From a virus (Duplodnaviria; Caudoviricetes), in IMG/VR virus record IMGVR_UViG_3300032257_000014, positions 1 through 59,529 of that record: 59,529 nt of DNA; one strand, written 5' to 3'. Below the pieces are notes generated by a model. The model was not told where the DNA came from, did no database searches, and saw only the letters and a list, made by a program, of their open reading frames with translations. This document shows positions 21,126 to 32,700 of this stretch, one piece after another. Both the position numbers and the translations under genes were made by a program. How positions within the stretch are numbered: position 1 is the first letter of the stretch; each line of letters opens with the position of its first letter.

Positions 21126-21458
21126 ATGTATTTGATAAACACTGAATTAACTGTAAATTTTTATCTACTGACGGGAGCAGCTCCTCCTGCTTTAGCTGAA
21201 TTAGATATTAGAATAATTCCACCTGATGGTGCATCGGAGTATATCCCCAATGCAATAGATATTGCTGATTATGTTGAATCTACTGTTTCAACCAAGGGAT
21301 TGGTTACGTATAAGTTTACTCCAGACCAATTAGGTTTATGGAAAGTAGGACTTAGCCGTGGAACTAGTTCTGTGAATACTGAGTACTACACTCACAATAT
21401 AGTAGTAAGCATTAACGATACGCAAACTAAAAAGTTTGTTAGAAGTTCATTATTATGA
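21126..21458 (+). CDS. Third paralogue of the same Ig-like domain
   Basis: MYLIN...TPDQLGLWKV; start moved to the ATG at 21126 by paralogy. Confidence 0.6.
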   Translation: MYLINTELTVNFYLLTGAAPPALAELDIRIIPPDGASEYIPNAIDIADYVESTVSTKGLVTYKFTPDQLGLWKVGLSRGTSSVNTEYYTHNIVVSINDTQTKKFVRSSLL

Positions 21459-21468
21459 GAAATAAATT

Positions 21469-22395
21469 ATGTCTGAAATACTAATTACTGATTTAACCAA
21501 TAAAACCAATATAGCAGAAGGTACTGGTATATATGATTTATTGATGACAAGTATAGATCTTCAACTGACAGACCAGTGGGATTTAGGTCGTATGACAGGT
21601 GCAGAGTATGCCAGTGTGTATTCTTCTGCCCTTCAAGCTGTACTGTCAGAGTCTTCTAAATTTTTACTTAATAAAGAAATAGCAGATAAACAAGCAGACT
21701 TACTTATTGCTCAAACTGAAGAAGTTAATGAAAAAATTGATTCAGTAATTGCTCAGACAGCTCAATATTATGAATCTATAAAAGCTTCACAAGACCAAAC
21801 GATTCGAGAAAATCTTTTAAACAACGCTACTATCTCTAAACTTACAGAAGAAATAGCATTACTTACCTCTAAGAATTTAGAACAAGTAGCAGAAACTGCA
21901 CGTAAAGATGAAGAACACGAAGTTAAAATTACTGATGCTAATTACGGTATCGCTATTAAAGTACAGCAAGAATACGCTTTAAGGGAAAAGAATGGTTTCA
22001 TTGAAACTACCTACGCTTACTACGCTGACAGTGACCCCGGTCATGTAACCTTGCTTTACACAACAGATATTACCAATGTTGAGGGTGCAATAGTTAGTAC
22101 TACAACGACTGATGGTGTAGGTACATCAACTACTGCTTTAGATAAGTTAATACTCGCAGCTAAAGATAAGTTAATTAATGCCCAAACCCTTGGATTTGCA
22201 AGTGATACTAAGCAAAAATTACTTAAGCAGATGCAAGATGGATTTGCTGTTGCATTATCGATTGCCGGTTTAGGTAATATTCCTGAAGCTAATCAGGATG
22301 CTGCAATTGATGATTTAACAAATGAGATACTGGCTGATGTTGGAAGTTCTGTTGTAGTAACAGCTGCAGAACCGGCTGTACTTCCTCCATCTTAA
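21469..22395 (+). CDS. N4 gp54-like tail protein
   Basis: GTGIYDLLM...GRMTGAEYASVY N-terminal signature and synteny. Confidence 0.75.
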   Translation: MSEILITDLTNKTNIAEGTGIYDLLMTSIDLQLTDQWDLGRMTGAEYASVYSSALQAVLSESSKFLLNKEIADKQADLLIAQTEEVNEKIDSVIAQTAQYYESIKASQDQTIRENLLNNATISKLTEEIALLTSKNLEQVAETARKDEEHEVKITDANYGIAIKVQQEYALREKNGFIETTYAYYADSDPGHVTLLYTTDITNVEGAIVSTTTTDGVGTSTTALDKLILAAKDKLINAQTLGFASDTKQKLLKQMQDGFAVALSIAGLGNIPEANQDAAIDDLTNEILADVGSSVVVTAAEPAVLPPS

Positions 22396-22408
22396 AAGGA
22401 TAAAGTAA

Positions 22409-24943
22409 GTGGCTTTTGGTGGTTGGCTTAGAGATGTCTTTCAGAGTGCTTGGGATCATATTAAAGATGCCGTAGTCTCTGGCTGGCATAGTATTTTAGA
22501 TGAAGTAATAGAACCTGTTTTCAATGCCCTTGGTATTGAAGATGAGGAAGTGCTTCAAGCTCAAAAGTTATCTTTTCTACTACAAGCAAAAACAGATGCA
22601 GAAATAGCTGCAGACTTAGCAGCAGGTATCGATCCAATTGATTTAGTTCAACAAGCTAAAACAAGAGCTGTTATATCTATGATGAAAACCGGTGGATCGT
22701 TTTCTGATTGGTATATTGCAGGCATATCTAAAACACAATCTAACCTGTTAGCCTTTTATAACTACGCAAAGTTCGGAGGCTATGTACATGGGCTACCAAC
22801 AGTAGACATAACAGGCGGTACAGCAGTAGATGAAGCAATAGTGCTATTATCACTCATACTTGAAAAAGGTGCCGGTTCTACTCTAATTTCATTTAGAACT
22901 AAAACACCTACTCGAGAAGAGTACTTCGAAGATAAGTTTCAAGCTGCTCCTTACTACTTTATTCCTTGGAGTCGTAGACTTACGTTTACTGACCCCTGGG
23001 GAGTGGTAAGAACTGATTACATACTAGGCACATTAGAAACTAATGCTGAAAATGGTAGACCTGAATATAATCTTTATCGCTCAGCACCTGAAGCAATTTT
23101 TTGGCTAGAAGGACAACAAGAAGTTGTTAGAGGAAATAATGCTACATACACTTTAAAGTGTAATCGTACAGTTCCTGTAGGAACTTCTGTGTCAATAAAC
23201 CTTTCTTACACTGGATCAACACTATCAAGACGTTATGTAAGTATACCTGTTGTTGTGTTAAGTGGTGGTACTAGTGAAACTGAATTCGTTGTACGAACGT
23301 ATGCACAGGATGAAGTACTAGGCGACACAGCTATTACTATAACAATGGATTCTATTGTAAATACAAGGGAATCTTTTGAAGCAGTAACGCTACACACAAC
23401 TAATTCTGTCACTACTATATTGACTGATGATACAAGCGTGGTTATCACGCAGTCTCCATCAGAAAACCCAACTCCAGTAGATATAGATGTCACAGGTACA
23501 ATTCTAGAATCAGCGTATACGCCAGAATACTCATTAGTTGTGAAGTACCATAACTCTGCTAATCCTGCCGGGGAGTGGTTTTACTGGATATACAAGTACA
23601 GTGATGAAACATATGATTTTATATCACCTGCTACGACGTTAACCGATGAAGAGATGCTGCCTGTTGTCATTGTAAAAAATGAGAATGGCGCAGTGAATGA
23701 CGATAAAACTTCAGATGAGTATTTGTCAGGTAAACGAATGCTTAAAATCCTTGGCCTGGACATCGATGAGTTAACAGATAGTTTAATAGAAAATGAAAAC
23801 TATGATCAAATTCAGGATGTATATGTGAATTTTGCGCTTAGTCCATCGTCTACAAAAGAACTTGTATCTAAAGCACTATGGTTAATATTTTATGACCTTA
23901 TTGTTACCAAAAATTTAACAACTACTGTTGATACCTACTCAATGACCTTTGTGGAACAGAGTGTCAAAAACGCCCTTGTTTGGACAAACCATAGCTATAC
24001 AACCGGACTCACTGGCACACTCACTGATTCACAAGAATATGAGCATGAGGTTATAGAACTTGAGCTAATTACAATTGAAAATCCAGATCCAGATGCTTAT
24101 GAAAGACTAGTTACACAAGAAGCTTCTGATGACTTTTATATACGTAAACAAACTGCACCTAATGTGTATGCAGAACTATTTATCCAGAATTTAAGTGGTT
24201 TATACACGATAAAGAAAGAAGAATTTACATCAATAGTTACTACCAGAGTAGTAAATGATGAATCTGATAATGGCTTCACAATACCGGTATCTTACTCACT
24301 TATAAGAGAATTAAGCCTAACTGAAGTAATGCAACTGCAAGAGTATATGTTGAGAGTAGATGTATATGCTGCAGACATAGTAAATATACGCTGGTATGCA
24401 ACATCAACCTTCAGTATTCTATTTAAAATTGTATCTATTGTTATAACAGTACTCTCAATGGGTTCATTATCATTCTTTGATTTACTTGGGAAACTAATAT
24501 TTTATGCTGCAGTAAGTGAATTAGTGGTCTATATAGCTATAGAAACTGGCAATGAGGAACTAGCAGCAATTGTTGGATTAGTTGCTATCATAGGCTTTGG
24601 TGGAGGCCCAGGCGAAGTAATAGACTTTGGATCAGCTGAAGGCTTATTGATGGCATCTACAAATTTTGCAGATAACCTTACTGAGGCATTTGGTGTAACT
24701 ATGGAAGGGCTTGCAGAAGAACTCGAGTTCATCAATGAAACAACCGAAGAACGCTTAGCTGAGCATAAAGCAGCACTTGGCGACGTAAGTCCAATAGATG
24801 CTGAATTTCTTGTAGCACTAAAAAGTGTAGATACCACAATGTATCCAGCAATTAAAGCTCAGTATGATTTTGACCTTATATTTAACTATGATAAGATTAT
24901 TAAAGATTTCTACGAACTTAACTACAGAACAGGAGTATCCTAA
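22409..24943 (+). CDS. N4 gp53-like large virion protein with C-terminal hydrophobic helices
   Basis: Size, synteny, WFYWIY and MLPVVIVK motifs, WY followed by a TM-rich segment. Confidence 0.7.
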   Translation: MAFGGWLRDVFQSAWDHIKDAVVSGWHSILDEVIEPVFNALGIEDEEVLQAQKLSFLLQAKTDAEIAADLAAGIDPIDLVQQAKTRAVISMMKTGGSFSDWYIAGISKTQSNLLAFYNYAKFGGYVHGLPTVDITGGTAVDEAIVLLSLILEKGAGSTLISFRTKTPTREEYFEDKFQAAPYYFIPWSRRLTFTDPWGVVRTDYILGTLETNAENGRPEYNLYRSAPEAIFWLEGQQEVVRGNNATYTLKCNRTVPVGTSVSINLSYTGSTLSRRYVSIPVVVLSGGTSETEFVVRTYAQDEVLGDTAITITMDSIVNTRESFEAVTLHTTNSVTTILTDDTSVVITQSPSENPTPVDIDVTGTILESAYTPEYSLVVKYHNSANPAGEWFYWIYKYSDETYDFISPATTLTDEEMLPVVIVKNENGAVNDDKTSDEYLSGKRMLKILGLDIDELTDSLIENENYDQIQDVYVNFALSPSSTKELVSKALWLIFYDLIVTKNLTTTVDTYSMTFVEQSVKNALVWTNHSYTTGLTGTLTDSQEYEHEVIELELITIENPDPDAYERLVTQEASDDFYIRKQTAPNVYAELFIQNLSGLYTIKKEEFTSIVTTRVVNDESDNGFTIPVSYSLIRELSLTEVMQLQEYMLRVDVYAADIVNIRWYATSTFSILFKIVSIVITVLSMGSLSFFDLLGKLIFYAAVSELVVYIAIETGNEELAAIVGLVAIIGFGGGPGEVIDFGSAEGLLMASTNFADNLTEAFGVTMEGLAEELEFINETTEERLAEHKAALGDVSPIDAEFLVALKSVDTTMYPAIKAQYDFDLIFNYDKIIKDFYELNYRTGVS

Positions 24944-25389
24944 TGGAAGGTTATTACGATAATGGTTTAGCCAAAACCATGGGACAATCTACTGGATCAT
25001 TTATTGACCAGAATGGACAACAAGTACCATTTTTGAGTAATGATGTATTTAATGCTTATGGTGGTAATAACAATAGTCCATATGGATTTACGCCTAAACC
25101 AATGAATAATTGGCAGAAAGGTTCACTAGCCATGCAAGGTATTACATCGTTTTTAGGTGCTATTGATGCACGTAAACAAACAAAAATGATGAAACAAAAC
25201 AACCGATTTGAGCAAGGTTTAGCTAATCGAAACTTACATAACTCTGCAGTAACTACCAATCGACAATTATCAGATAGAAACGATGTAGCAGCACAGTTAA
25301 CTAGTGGCGCTGAATATGGTTCAGCAGGTCACCTAGCTGAAAGAGATCGTGGATTAATCTCGGTTGATGGTTCACCAATCACAGTTTAG
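24943..25389 (+). CDS. N4 gp52-like small ejection protein
   Basis: 148 aa, Cys-free, synteny, TNRQLSDR motif. Confidence 0.6.
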   Translation: MEGYYDNGLAKTMGQSTGSFIDQNGQQVPFLSNDVFNAYGGNNNSPYGFTPKPMNNWQKGSLAMQGITSFLGAIDARKQTKMMKQNNRFEQGLANRNLHNSAVTTNRQLSDRNDVAAQLTSGAEYGSAGHLAERDRGLISVDGSPITV

Positions 25390-25397
25390 GAAATAGT

Positions 25398-26927
25398 ATG
25401 GCTATTGATGCACAACAAATAAAAGTAAATCTTCAGAGAGCTAATCCTAATGCAGGGTTAGCTATTGCTTCTCGAGGATTTGGTAATATAGCCAATTCTA
25501 TTCAAGCACATGACAATGCCAATGATACTGCACAGCACCGTAATGGTATATTAGCTAATCAAGAACAAAGACTTATTGCTGACACTCAAAATAGAGAAGC
25601 AATGCTCAAACTTGCCCAAGATAAACAAAATTATGTCGAAGGTGAAGGTCAACGAAGAATTCTTGAAGAAGAACGTTTACTAAAAAATTCTGCTGAGCAA
25701 GGCATATTAGCTAATGAAGTGGCTAATAACGCTGGACTTAGCCGTGCACCTGCAATGTTTGAAAACGAAACTAATCAACGGATTATGGATAATAGTCCCG
25801 AATATCGACAGTTAATGGGTATGGGTGGAGATGCTACTGGTCCAATGACTCCAGAAGCTCAAGCGAATGTTGACCAGTATCGTGAAGATTTTACTAACGA
25901 TCCTAGAAATAAACGATTGTTATCAGATCCAAACGTGTATAAAACTGAAGTATTAGGCAAATTACTTAGCTCTGGTAAATTCAGTCGTCAAGATGCTGAA
26001 GCTATTGCTACACAAAAAACTGCAGCACTATTTCCAACTATGGATATGGAAACTGCTGGTCGATTACTTAAGAAGCCTGGTTCATCTGGTTCAGGTAGTG
26101 GAAGCAGTGGTTCTAGTGGTTCTTTTAAAAATGAATTTAGTATAGGTACACCTAAAGGTCGTGCTGACGTTGTTGATCGATTTGTGGAGTCTCGAGGTCT
26201 AGAAAAAGTACCTGATAACTTCTTATGGACTGACATGAAATACGATGTAGGTCGTCAGAACCCTACCGGTGCAGATATTGCTAAAACATTAGCACGCTTA
26301 GCTACTGATGGAATCGTAAGCAGCACTGCAGGTGAAGCAGCTATAACTGAGGCTTTTAATGCTGATGGTGTAACGTTAGATGATAAATTTAACTTCACAA
26401 CTAAAAAAGGTTATAACGAGTTACTTAAAGTTGCTCAAAGATCACAACAGCAAGAATTAACAAAAACTAATACTAAAAGTGGTTCTTCAGGAATACTTGG
26501 CTACCAAAATCAGCTAGATGCTGATCGTGATTATAACGAAAGTATCCTTGGTAAAACTGTGCAGGACCAAAGTACACAACAGAAACGTATGTCTACTTTC
26601 CTTGGTGGATTGCCAAGTGCTCCTAAAACAGTAGCTAAAACAGTCCCTGGTGGATACATCGATACTGATGGTGGTAATACTCCATCTCCAGTTGTTGATG
26701 ATAAATCAATAATGCCTGCAGTAAATGCTGATGACTTAACATCAGAAGAAAAAGACAATGCAGTGTCTGGTTTAAGGTCATTAGCTAACCCAGGTGCTGC
26801 ACGTACTGCTCGAGGCAAAGAGACTATTAAAATGTTGAAACGTATAATGCCTGATATAACAGCAGAAGATCTACGTACTAACCATAACTCTATACTTAAT
26901 GATATTATAGATTCAGTCAGCCAATAG
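25398..26927 (+). CDS. N4 gp51-like ejection (internal virion) protein
   Basis: Cys-free, helical, Gly/Ser linker; upstream of the vRNAP genes. Confidence 0.55.
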   Translation: MAIDAQQIKVNLQRANPNAGLAIASRGFGNIANSIQAHDNANDTAQHRNGILANQEQRLIADTQNREAMLKLAQDKQNYVEGEGQRRILEEERLLKNSAEQGILANEVANNAGLSRAPAMFENETNQRIMDNSPEYRQLMGMGGDATGPMTPEAQANVDQYREDFTNDPRNKRLLSDPNVYKTEVLGKLLSSGKFSRQDAEAIATQKTAALFPTMDMETAGRLLKKPGSSGSGSGSSGSSGSFKNEFSIGTPKGRADVVDRFVESRGLEKVPDNFLWTDMKYDVGRQNPTGADIAKTLARLATDGIVSSTAGEAAITEAFNADGVTLDDKFNFTTKKGYNELLKVAQRSQQQELTKTNTKSGSSGILGYQNQLDADRDYNESILGKTVQDQSTQQKRMSTFLGGLPSAPKTVAKTVPGGYIDTDGGNTPSPVVDDKSIMPAVNADDLTSEEKDNAVSGLRSLANPGAARTARGKETIKMLKRIMPDITAEDLRTNHNSILNDIIDSVSQ

Positions 26928-26946
26928 TAGTCCCAACAGGATAGTA

Positions 26947-29709
26947 ATGCCAAAGTACATTTTTGACAATAATAGTAATCCGTACATGGACTTGCCATCT
27001 CTTGCGGATAGTAAGAAATCTAATTTACTTAATAAACTTGCGGGGAAGCAAGAACGATTAACTCCAACTCCAGTACCTGTTGAACCTTTACCAACTAGAA
27101 TTTTTAGTGATGGTGCTTCAGGTGATGGTTTAATTGATATGGCTGAAGCAAGCTTATACCGTGGTGCAGGTAACATTGCAGATACATATGCTAATATTCA
27201 ACAAAATGCCTTAGATAACCCAAACTACGCACTGTCTCCAGAAATTGATAATTTATCAGATCAAGCTTACTCCGACGAGAAAGCTGGGTTTACAGGTAGA
27301 GAAGCCTATAACGAAGATATTCACAAATTAACTAATGCTGTAAACAAAGGTGGTCTTGCCGGGTACTCAGAAGCTGCTATGCGAGGTTTGGCCTTAGGGC
27401 CAAGAGCTCTTGCTGATTCAGCAGCTAGTGGTGTAGAACTTGGTGTTGGAGCTTTAGCTACCGCTGCAGCTGGTGCAGCAACTGGTCCTGTTGGAGCAGC
27501 AATAGTCGGTGCAGCTGCATTTGGCAGCAAAGCTAAAAAAGTTGTAGACGCTGTAGATAAAGTAGTTACATTAGGTGATCGTCTTAAGAAAGGTGCTAAA
27601 GCTGTACCTGCTCTAATTGCTAAGAGTGCTGGTCGAACCAGTTTACTTACTGCTGATATTACTGAACAAATGCGTCAAGAATACAAAGAGGCTAATGGCG
27701 GTAAAGAACCATCTGCTGCCTGGTATGCAACAAATGTCCCTGTAACCATGGCATTAAATGCAGTTGAATTTGGAATCATCACAAAAGCTGTACCTAAATT
27801 CAGTAAGTCTTTTGTAAAAGATATGAAGCATTCAGTTAAATTTATGTCTAATAGTCATGCATTAGAAGCTGCTAAACGTATATTTGGTGGTATTAAAAAG
27901 GTAACTGCTGCTGCTGGAGCTGAAGCTGGACAAGAATACTTGCAGACTTGGCACGAAATACTTGCACCAGTTGTTAGTGGTAAAAGTTTAGAAAAATTTG
28001 TAACTACTGCAGCTCAAGCGTTAGGTAATGATCAAAACCAAACTGAAGCTATTGTTGGTTCAATCTTAGGATTTAGTGCTGGTGGTACTGCTCGAGGTAT
28101 TGCAACAGTTCCTCAAGTTTCTGCCGGGGTAGCTTTAGAAGGTGCCCTTGGCACAGCTAAAACAGCAGGTGAAGGTCTTAAAGCTGCTAACAGAGGCATT
28201 CAAAATGCTACTAATAAAGCAGGTCTTAAGGTGCTCAGCGAAGATGACCGTGCAAATATTCGTAACGACTATGACATTGCAGAAAAAATCGTTGAAGAAA
28301 AATCTGCAGAGATTGATACTAAGATTGAAGTTATCAAAGATGCAAAAACTCTTGAAGACCTAGCTGCTGATAAAGACTTAAATGTTACCATCGGTAAAGC
28401 TATGGATGAACTAGGGTTCCTTGATGGTGACCTAAAAGATCCTGCAAAGTTTAAAAAACTACAAGATAAAATTATACGTAATCAAGCTGCAGCGAAAGAT
28501 CTACTTAAAGTAGAGCTCGAGACAAGTAATGCTAGTGCTGTAGTAAAAGCTTCTACCACAAACATAAAAAATATGACTGTTGAAGCTGCTAAAGCAGCTA
28601 TCGATAAAGTTCCTAAGGAAGTTGTTGAAGCAACAGTGGCAGCAGCGATTAAAGCTAAAGCCATACCTGCAGTTGCATTAAAATCAGTTCAGCAGTTAAG
28701 ATCAAGCTCTGCTTACGGCATTGTCGAGATAGGCTTAAAAGGTACAGTTAAGCAATCTAAAATAGCATATGAAGCTGCTAAGGATTTAAGTCATACTGAC
28801 ATTCAGAAAGTAGCTGATATTGTCATGGAAAAGAATCCAGACCTTGGTAAAAAATTAAACAAGCTGTATGAAGATAAGAAGAAAGCGTATGAAAATTTTG
28901 ATATACGTAATAAAGATCTTATTAATGCTGAGAATCTACCAGCAGAAATTAAAGAAGTAGCTAAAAATGGTACGATAGGTACTCAGTCTGCAGCAGGCAT
29001 TGCTAAACTTATCAAGCACGCTATGGGTAGCAAAATTGCTGATAAAGCTACTTTGGACATTTTATCTAAAGCAGTTGCTGCATACAAAAAATCTGATGCT
29101 TACACTAATACTAAAACTAAAGGCCGTATTGATGAACGAAATATGGCTGTACTGGAAAATCGCCTTACTCTTGCTAAAGATCGACTTGGCCGAGAAGTTA
29201 CAACTGAAAACGTAAAAGAAGCAGTTGATACCGTAGTAGACAAAGTTACAAAGAGTGCAGAAAAGGTAGTAGATAAAGCTAAGTCTGTAGCTAAAAACGT
29301 AACAAGTAATGAAAAAGTTAAAGCAGCAGCAGTTAAAGTTACTAAGGCTGTTGATTCTGTTACCCGGGAAAGTAAAGAAATAGCGCCTGGAAAGCTCCAC
29401 GACGTTATATCAAACGTAGCTACTAGTGTTACTAATGGCAATATTGATGAAATGATTACTGCTATACCTGCATTTGTTAAAAAACTTGCAAGTAAAGGTT
29501 ATGAAACTGAAGCAGATTTTAATGACTTAATAGCCCAATTCCCTGGACTAAAAACAGCTGATAAATTTTATAATGAACTAAAATCTAAGTTTGCTGTTGA
29601 AACAGATGTTATTATGAGTGAAGATTCAGACAGTATACAAACTGATCCTGTTAGCCCAAATGTGGTCTTTCAGTTATTTGAAAAATTAATCCCTGGATGT
29701 AAGAAATGA
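26947..29709 (+). CDS. Internal virion protein, probably equivalent to the N-terminal (injection) domain of N4 vRNAP
   Basis: Ala/Gly-rich hydrophobic helices, EAGQEYLQ motif typical of ejection proteins, 920 aa, single Cys near the C-terminus, ATGA overlap with the RNAP ORF. Confidence 0.6.
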   Translation: MPKYIFDNNSNPYMDLPSLADSKKSNLLNKLAGKQERLTPTPVPVEPLPTRIFSDGASGDGLIDMAEASLYRGAGNIADTYANIQQNALDNPNYALSPEIDNLSDQAYSDEKAGFTGREAYNEDIHKLTNAVNKGGLAGYSEAAMRGLALGPRALADSAASGVELGVGALATAAAGAATGPVGAAIVGAAAFGSKAKKVVDAVDKVVTLGDRLKKGAKAVPALIAKSAGRTSLLTADITEQMRQEYKEANGGKEPSAAWYATNVPVTMALNAVEFGIITKAVPKFSKSFVKDMKHSVKFMSNSHALEAAKRIFGGIKKVTAAAGAEAGQEYLQTWHEILAPVVSGKSLEKFVTTAAQALGNDQNQTEAIVGSILGFSAGGTARGIATVPQVSAGVALEGALGTAKTAGEGLKAANRGIQNATNKAGLKVLSEDDRANIRNDYDIAEKIVEEKSAEIDTKIEVIKDAKTLEDLAADKDLNVTIGKAMDELGFLDGDLKDPAKFKKLQDKIIRNQAAAKDLLKVELETSNASAVVKASTTNIKNMTVEAAKAAIDKVPKEVVEATVAAAIKAKAIPAVALKSVQQLRSSSAYGIVEIGLKGTVKQSKIAYEAAKDLSHTDIQKVADIVMEKNPDLGKKLNKLYEDKKKAYENFDIRNKDLINAENLPAEIKEVAKNGTIGTQSAAGIAKLIKHAMGSKIADKATLDILSKAVAAYKKSDAYTNTKTKGRIDERNMAVLENRLTLAKDRLGREVTTENVKEAVDTVVDKVTKSAEKVVDKAKSVAKNVTSNEKVKAAAVKVTKAVDSVTRESKEIAPGKLHDVISNVATSVTNGNIDEMITAIPAFVKKLASKGYETEADFNDLIAQFPGLKTADKFYNELKSKFAVETDVIMSEDSDSIQTDPVSPNVVFQLFEKLIPGCKK

Positions 29710-32700
29710 GTTTTTGCCCTAACTATAACTATTTCACTAAATACATACAAGCATTCCGCCAAAATGTTGAAATTGATAAGCAAAAAGATAAAGACCTACG
29801 TTACAACGTATGGGGTACAACAGCTACTCATGTGAGTGAGATGTTTTCTAAAGGTATTGACGCGTTACCTTGGGACGATAATAATTCTCAACATGTTAAA
29901 AGTAAGATCGAACGTTCACTGAAAAATATAACTGAATCTCCTAAATCAATTCAGGGATTCATGAAAGACATCATCAATAATGATGATGGAAATAACATCG
30001 AATTCTCAATAGCACTCCACGAGTTAATGGAATCTGTTAAAGGTGAAGCTGATAAAGCACGTAATATAGGTATTGAAATATCTGAAGTTAGTGAAACCGG
30101 TGTATTACCATCATTACCACTATCTCGCTTAGCAGCCAGTATTGGTCGTAAGATTGCATACCAAAAAGGTTATCGATTCAAAAGCCAAGAAGTAAATCCA
30201 AGCACTGCTGCAGAGATTGAAACTCTGTATTACGCAATTGGTAAACTTGCACTAGAAGGGCTTGAGCAAAAAGGTTATGTGAAAGTATCTGATGGCATGT
30301 CTACTATTAAAGACTACATTGATATTACTGAGCTAAGTAAAGAGTTCCCTAAAACCAATGTTGCCACTGATAAAGTACTGAGTGTGTCTTTGGATGAGAA
30401 AAAATTTGGTATTAAAGCAAATACTCCTGAGTCAGCTTATTTCCTAAATCGTACAGAATCTGATTTAACAGACACTGAATTAGGGACCATAACCGACGTA
30501 CTTAGAGCTGTTCGCCAGGTAACACAACCTTCACAGTATCAATTACCTGATGCATCACCAACCCAAACCATGGAAGAATTGGCTGAACGTGATGATCAAA
30601 ATATTGGCATAGATCCTAAGACTGAAGCTGTACGTAAAAAACTTTATGATACTCCAGTGTATGTACATAGCAGTGTGCATGACCTTATGACCTTGCTTAA
30701 TAAAGAAGCAATGAAAACAGGTAAGTCAGCCTCTAAAATTATTAAAGAAAAGTTTCAAGGTCACCAAGAAGTAATCAACTCATTGTTCGGACTGAAGCGT
30801 TCTGACGATCATTCTATTGACAAGAAAGAATCAGTAGCTGGACAAAACTTGTCTAAGACAGCTCCGTTGGATGATCTTGTTGAGTACTATGATGTGATAC
30901 AGAAAGGTTCAACTACTCCTGCACCATTACACATGCCATTGAAGATTGGTCGTAATGCACGCTTATACTATGAGAACAGTGTGTTAAATCCACACGGCTC
31001 AAAGCATAGCCGTTATATGCTAACCGCAGGCCAGTACACCGTAGATTCAGGTTCCGCTGACTTCGACTACCTTGTATATGGAATTTCACAAGCTTTAGGT
31101 GACAAAACACTTACATACAATAATTTCACTGGTAAGACTGAAAGCAAATTAGATGACGCGATTAAAGTATTTGACCGTTATGAATCAAGCAACACATTAC
31201 AGAAAAAATTAGCTGCAATCAGTAATTTATCAGTTATGTTCCCTGGTGTGGATTACGTATCGTTGATTACGACTATAAAAGCCGTGAAGGACATTCGTGC
31301 TCCAAAGGGTGGCAAAGTTACAACTGAGTTTAATGTCTCTGCAGATGCTACCGCTTCAGGTGGTACGTTAACATTCTTGCAAGCATTGGGTACAAATCCA
31401 AACGTTGAGAAATTCTTACAGCGTATTGGTATGCTCAAGCAGCCAGATGGTTCAGTTAAGGTGTCATTAAACGATTTATATGGCGTTATGACTGAGAACA
31501 TCGATAAGTTCGTCAAAGGCGAAGTTATTGAGAATTTAGTTGGCCAAGACTTAAGTAAATTAGCTACTGGTCCAAGATTGTTAATGCAGGACACGGTAGA
31601 GCTACTGTTTAATAAAGGTGAGGATACTCGAGAGCTTTCTAAAGACCCTACAATGACATTTGTGTATGGTCAGAAGCGAAGAGGTGCCACAGAAACTATG
31701 GCTCGATCATTAGCTGATCGTATTGTGGATAGCTTGAATTCTCCAGCAACTAAAAAGTATTTAGTTCGATTACTGGGTAAAGAATACTCAGATATGGAAA
31801 GTGAAGAGTTACGTAACACTAAAGCTTTATACATTAAAATTGTTACTGAGTTACAGAGCTCTGGTTTAACTGGGCAATTGTTCGACATAATGAATGCGTC
31901 GATTAATGAAGAGTACTTAGTTGAGTTTAAATCTCGTTCTGATCAAGTTTTTGACTATGTTAAAAAGCTAGACTCAGGTCGTCCATTCAAGATTTTACCT
32001 GCAGCAGCAGTACTTGCTGGTTTGAAGCCAACATTAGCTAACTTAAAAAAGTATGGCATGCCGTTGACTAAGGTATATGAGGTTTCTAACCCAACACCTA
32101 CTAATAACGATACAGTTCTTACACGTAGACAAAAGCTTACTCAAACAGTAGCTGATGTATCTCCAATACATAGTATTGATGCAGCTCAACTTTATGGCTC
32201 ATTAGATGAAGTTATGACTGATAATGGTGCTGTAGTTGTACATGATGATATTCGTGGCACAGTACAAGATGTGCGTGCAATGGAAGATAAGTATCGTGAA
32301 GTCACTAAAAAAGTTATCAGTGAATTTGATATACATCAACAAATTATGGAAGCTGTTAAAGCTTATGGTCCTGAAATTGCTGAATCACCTGGTTTCCAGG
32401 CATTAATGTCTGAAATTCTTGCTGAAGTAGAAAGTAAGAAGAAAATTATGAACTCTGATGAGTTCAACGATGATACTCATGCACTTATCGGTGATGGTAA
32501 TAAATTTATTGAGTTCGCTAACGGTGAACAGAAAGCTGAAACTAAGAAGCCTGTAACTAAGAAAGCTACCCCTAAAAAGAGTGGTACTGCTTTATTGAAA
32601 GAGCTTGCTGGTGAGTCAACCATCATCACTAATTTCTTATCTATGATGAATAAGAGTGATGTAGAAGTAGGTGATGGCAACACATTTACTCCTAAAACTG

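Noticed and set aside
26077-26122. GGTTC/GGTAG low-complexity repeat
   Set aside because: It simply encodes a Gly/Ser linker in the gp51-like protein.
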